Assembly: GCF_002113885.1 (NCBI RefSeq)
Contig: NW_018407210.1
Coordinates: 106,497 to 141,292, forward strand
Length of the DNA stretch: 34,796 nt
Reading direction: 5' to 3'
DNA from: Mizuhopecten yessoensis
Lineage: Eukaryota
Shown here: one piece after another, positions 34,138-34,796 of the stretch
Layout: each line of letters starts with the position of its first letter
Numbering within the stretch: the first letter of the stretch is position 1
The notes under the pieces: model-generated
Told to the model about the DNA's origin: nothing
The model's database searches: none
The model's input: the letters and a program-made list of their open reading frames with translations, nothing else
Translations under genes and position numbers: made by a program

Positions 34138-34393
34138 TTATTTATTTTTTTAAACTTTATTTATTTTTTTAAACTTTATTTATTTTACAACAATTATGAC
34201 ACAAGTTATTTCAACTTATATTCATCACTCTTGTAAGCCCGGAGGTCTTAATGTGGGAGGAAACCAGAGTACCCCAAGAAAACCCACGTGGTCGGGTAGG
34301 TGACCCCATACCTTTTCACGTCTGATCAGGGAATCAAACCCCGGCTGCCTTGGTGAAAGACAAGTGCACTATCCACTGCGCCACCCGACCACC
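34138..34393 (-). mobile_element. tRNA-derived SINE, minus strand: tRNA-like head (A box TGGCGCAGTGG, reverse complement of 34373-34383; B box GGTTTGATTCC, reverse complement of 34330-34340), a central region containing GGTACTCTGGTTTCCTCCCACA, and a 3' tail made of (TAAATAAAGTTTAAAAAAA)x2 at 34138-34187
   Basis: Box A and box B sit at tRNA-like spacing, but the acceptor and T stems do not pair, so this is a SINE and not a tRNA gene. The head is closest to tRNA-Arg/Met-type A boxes, from memory. Confidence 0.6.
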
Positions 34394-34796
34394 CAGGCCT
34401 ATTCTTTCCCTGAACCTGCAGTTCGGTTTCTTGTGAAAACTTTAGGTAATCTTTTTTATGCCTAAATATGACTGGGCAGAGGGGGTACCTCCAACCTTTC
34501 AAGTGTTCTCTAGAATCAGCACAAGAAAAATAATTTAAATTGCATATTTTCAAAACTTATAACAGATTACCAAAACGTTTGGACATCTTTCAACAATACC
34601 ATTTTAAATAAATGGAAATTGAAAAAAAAATCTATATATAATGTTCTGAAACAAAAAGAAATCATAGATTTGTCCTCAAAATTGCAACACGTAATATTAT
34701 AGGTAGCTTCACAAACCTATTATATCTAATTACAATAAAAACTCAGTAGAGCATGAAATAAACAAGAAATGTGTATATCTACTTGAGGATATAGTT

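Noticed and set aside
34326-34553. Minus ORF of 75 aa and a possible tRNA gene
   Set aside because: The ORF overlies the SINE. The tRNA-like region has box A and box B but no pairing acceptor or T stems, so it is a SINE head and not a functional tRNA gene.

Overview
This window looks like eukaryotic DNA. No prokaryotic gene structure is visible, and the repeat families and splice-site context point to an invertebrate, most plausibly a bivalve mollusc (oyster-like). It reads as heterochromatic or accessory sequence rather than a gene-dense region.

Roughly 55-60% of the 34.8 kb is tandem repeat. There are at least 15 distinct arrays, with unit lengths of 24, 26, 32, 33, 34, 42, 44, 48, 51, 71, 145 and 155 bp. 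The three largest are a 26-bp satellite of about 6.2 kb, a 51-bp satellite of about 2.5 kb and a 32-bp satellite of about 2.5 kb.

Many arrays sit inside one recurring modular unit, always on the plus strand. The order is a conserved head (CAAGAGGCCCAGAGGGCCTGTAT..CTCACCTGG), then a variable tandem array, then a GGAC-type microsatellite and a 25-31-bp palindrome. This matches the Helentron-associated non-autonomous elements (HINE / Pearl-like) described in bivalves, but I cannot confirm the family name from sequence alone.

Other features are a tRNA-derived SINE on the minus strand at the 3' end of the window, a large nested palindrome, and a roughly 760-bp tandem segmental duplication.

Nearly all long ORFs in the six-frame track are artefacts of arrays whose period is a multiple of 3.

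Only three weak-to-moderate candidates for real coding sequence were found, all on the minus strand:
- A two-exon 3' gene end (poly-Glu exon, GTAAGT donor, phase-compatible terminal exon, AATAAA).
- A short ORF ending ...EECDDDMGFGLV*, which mimics the ribosomal P-protein C-terminal motif.
- A proline-rich repetitive exon flanked by a good acceptor and donor.
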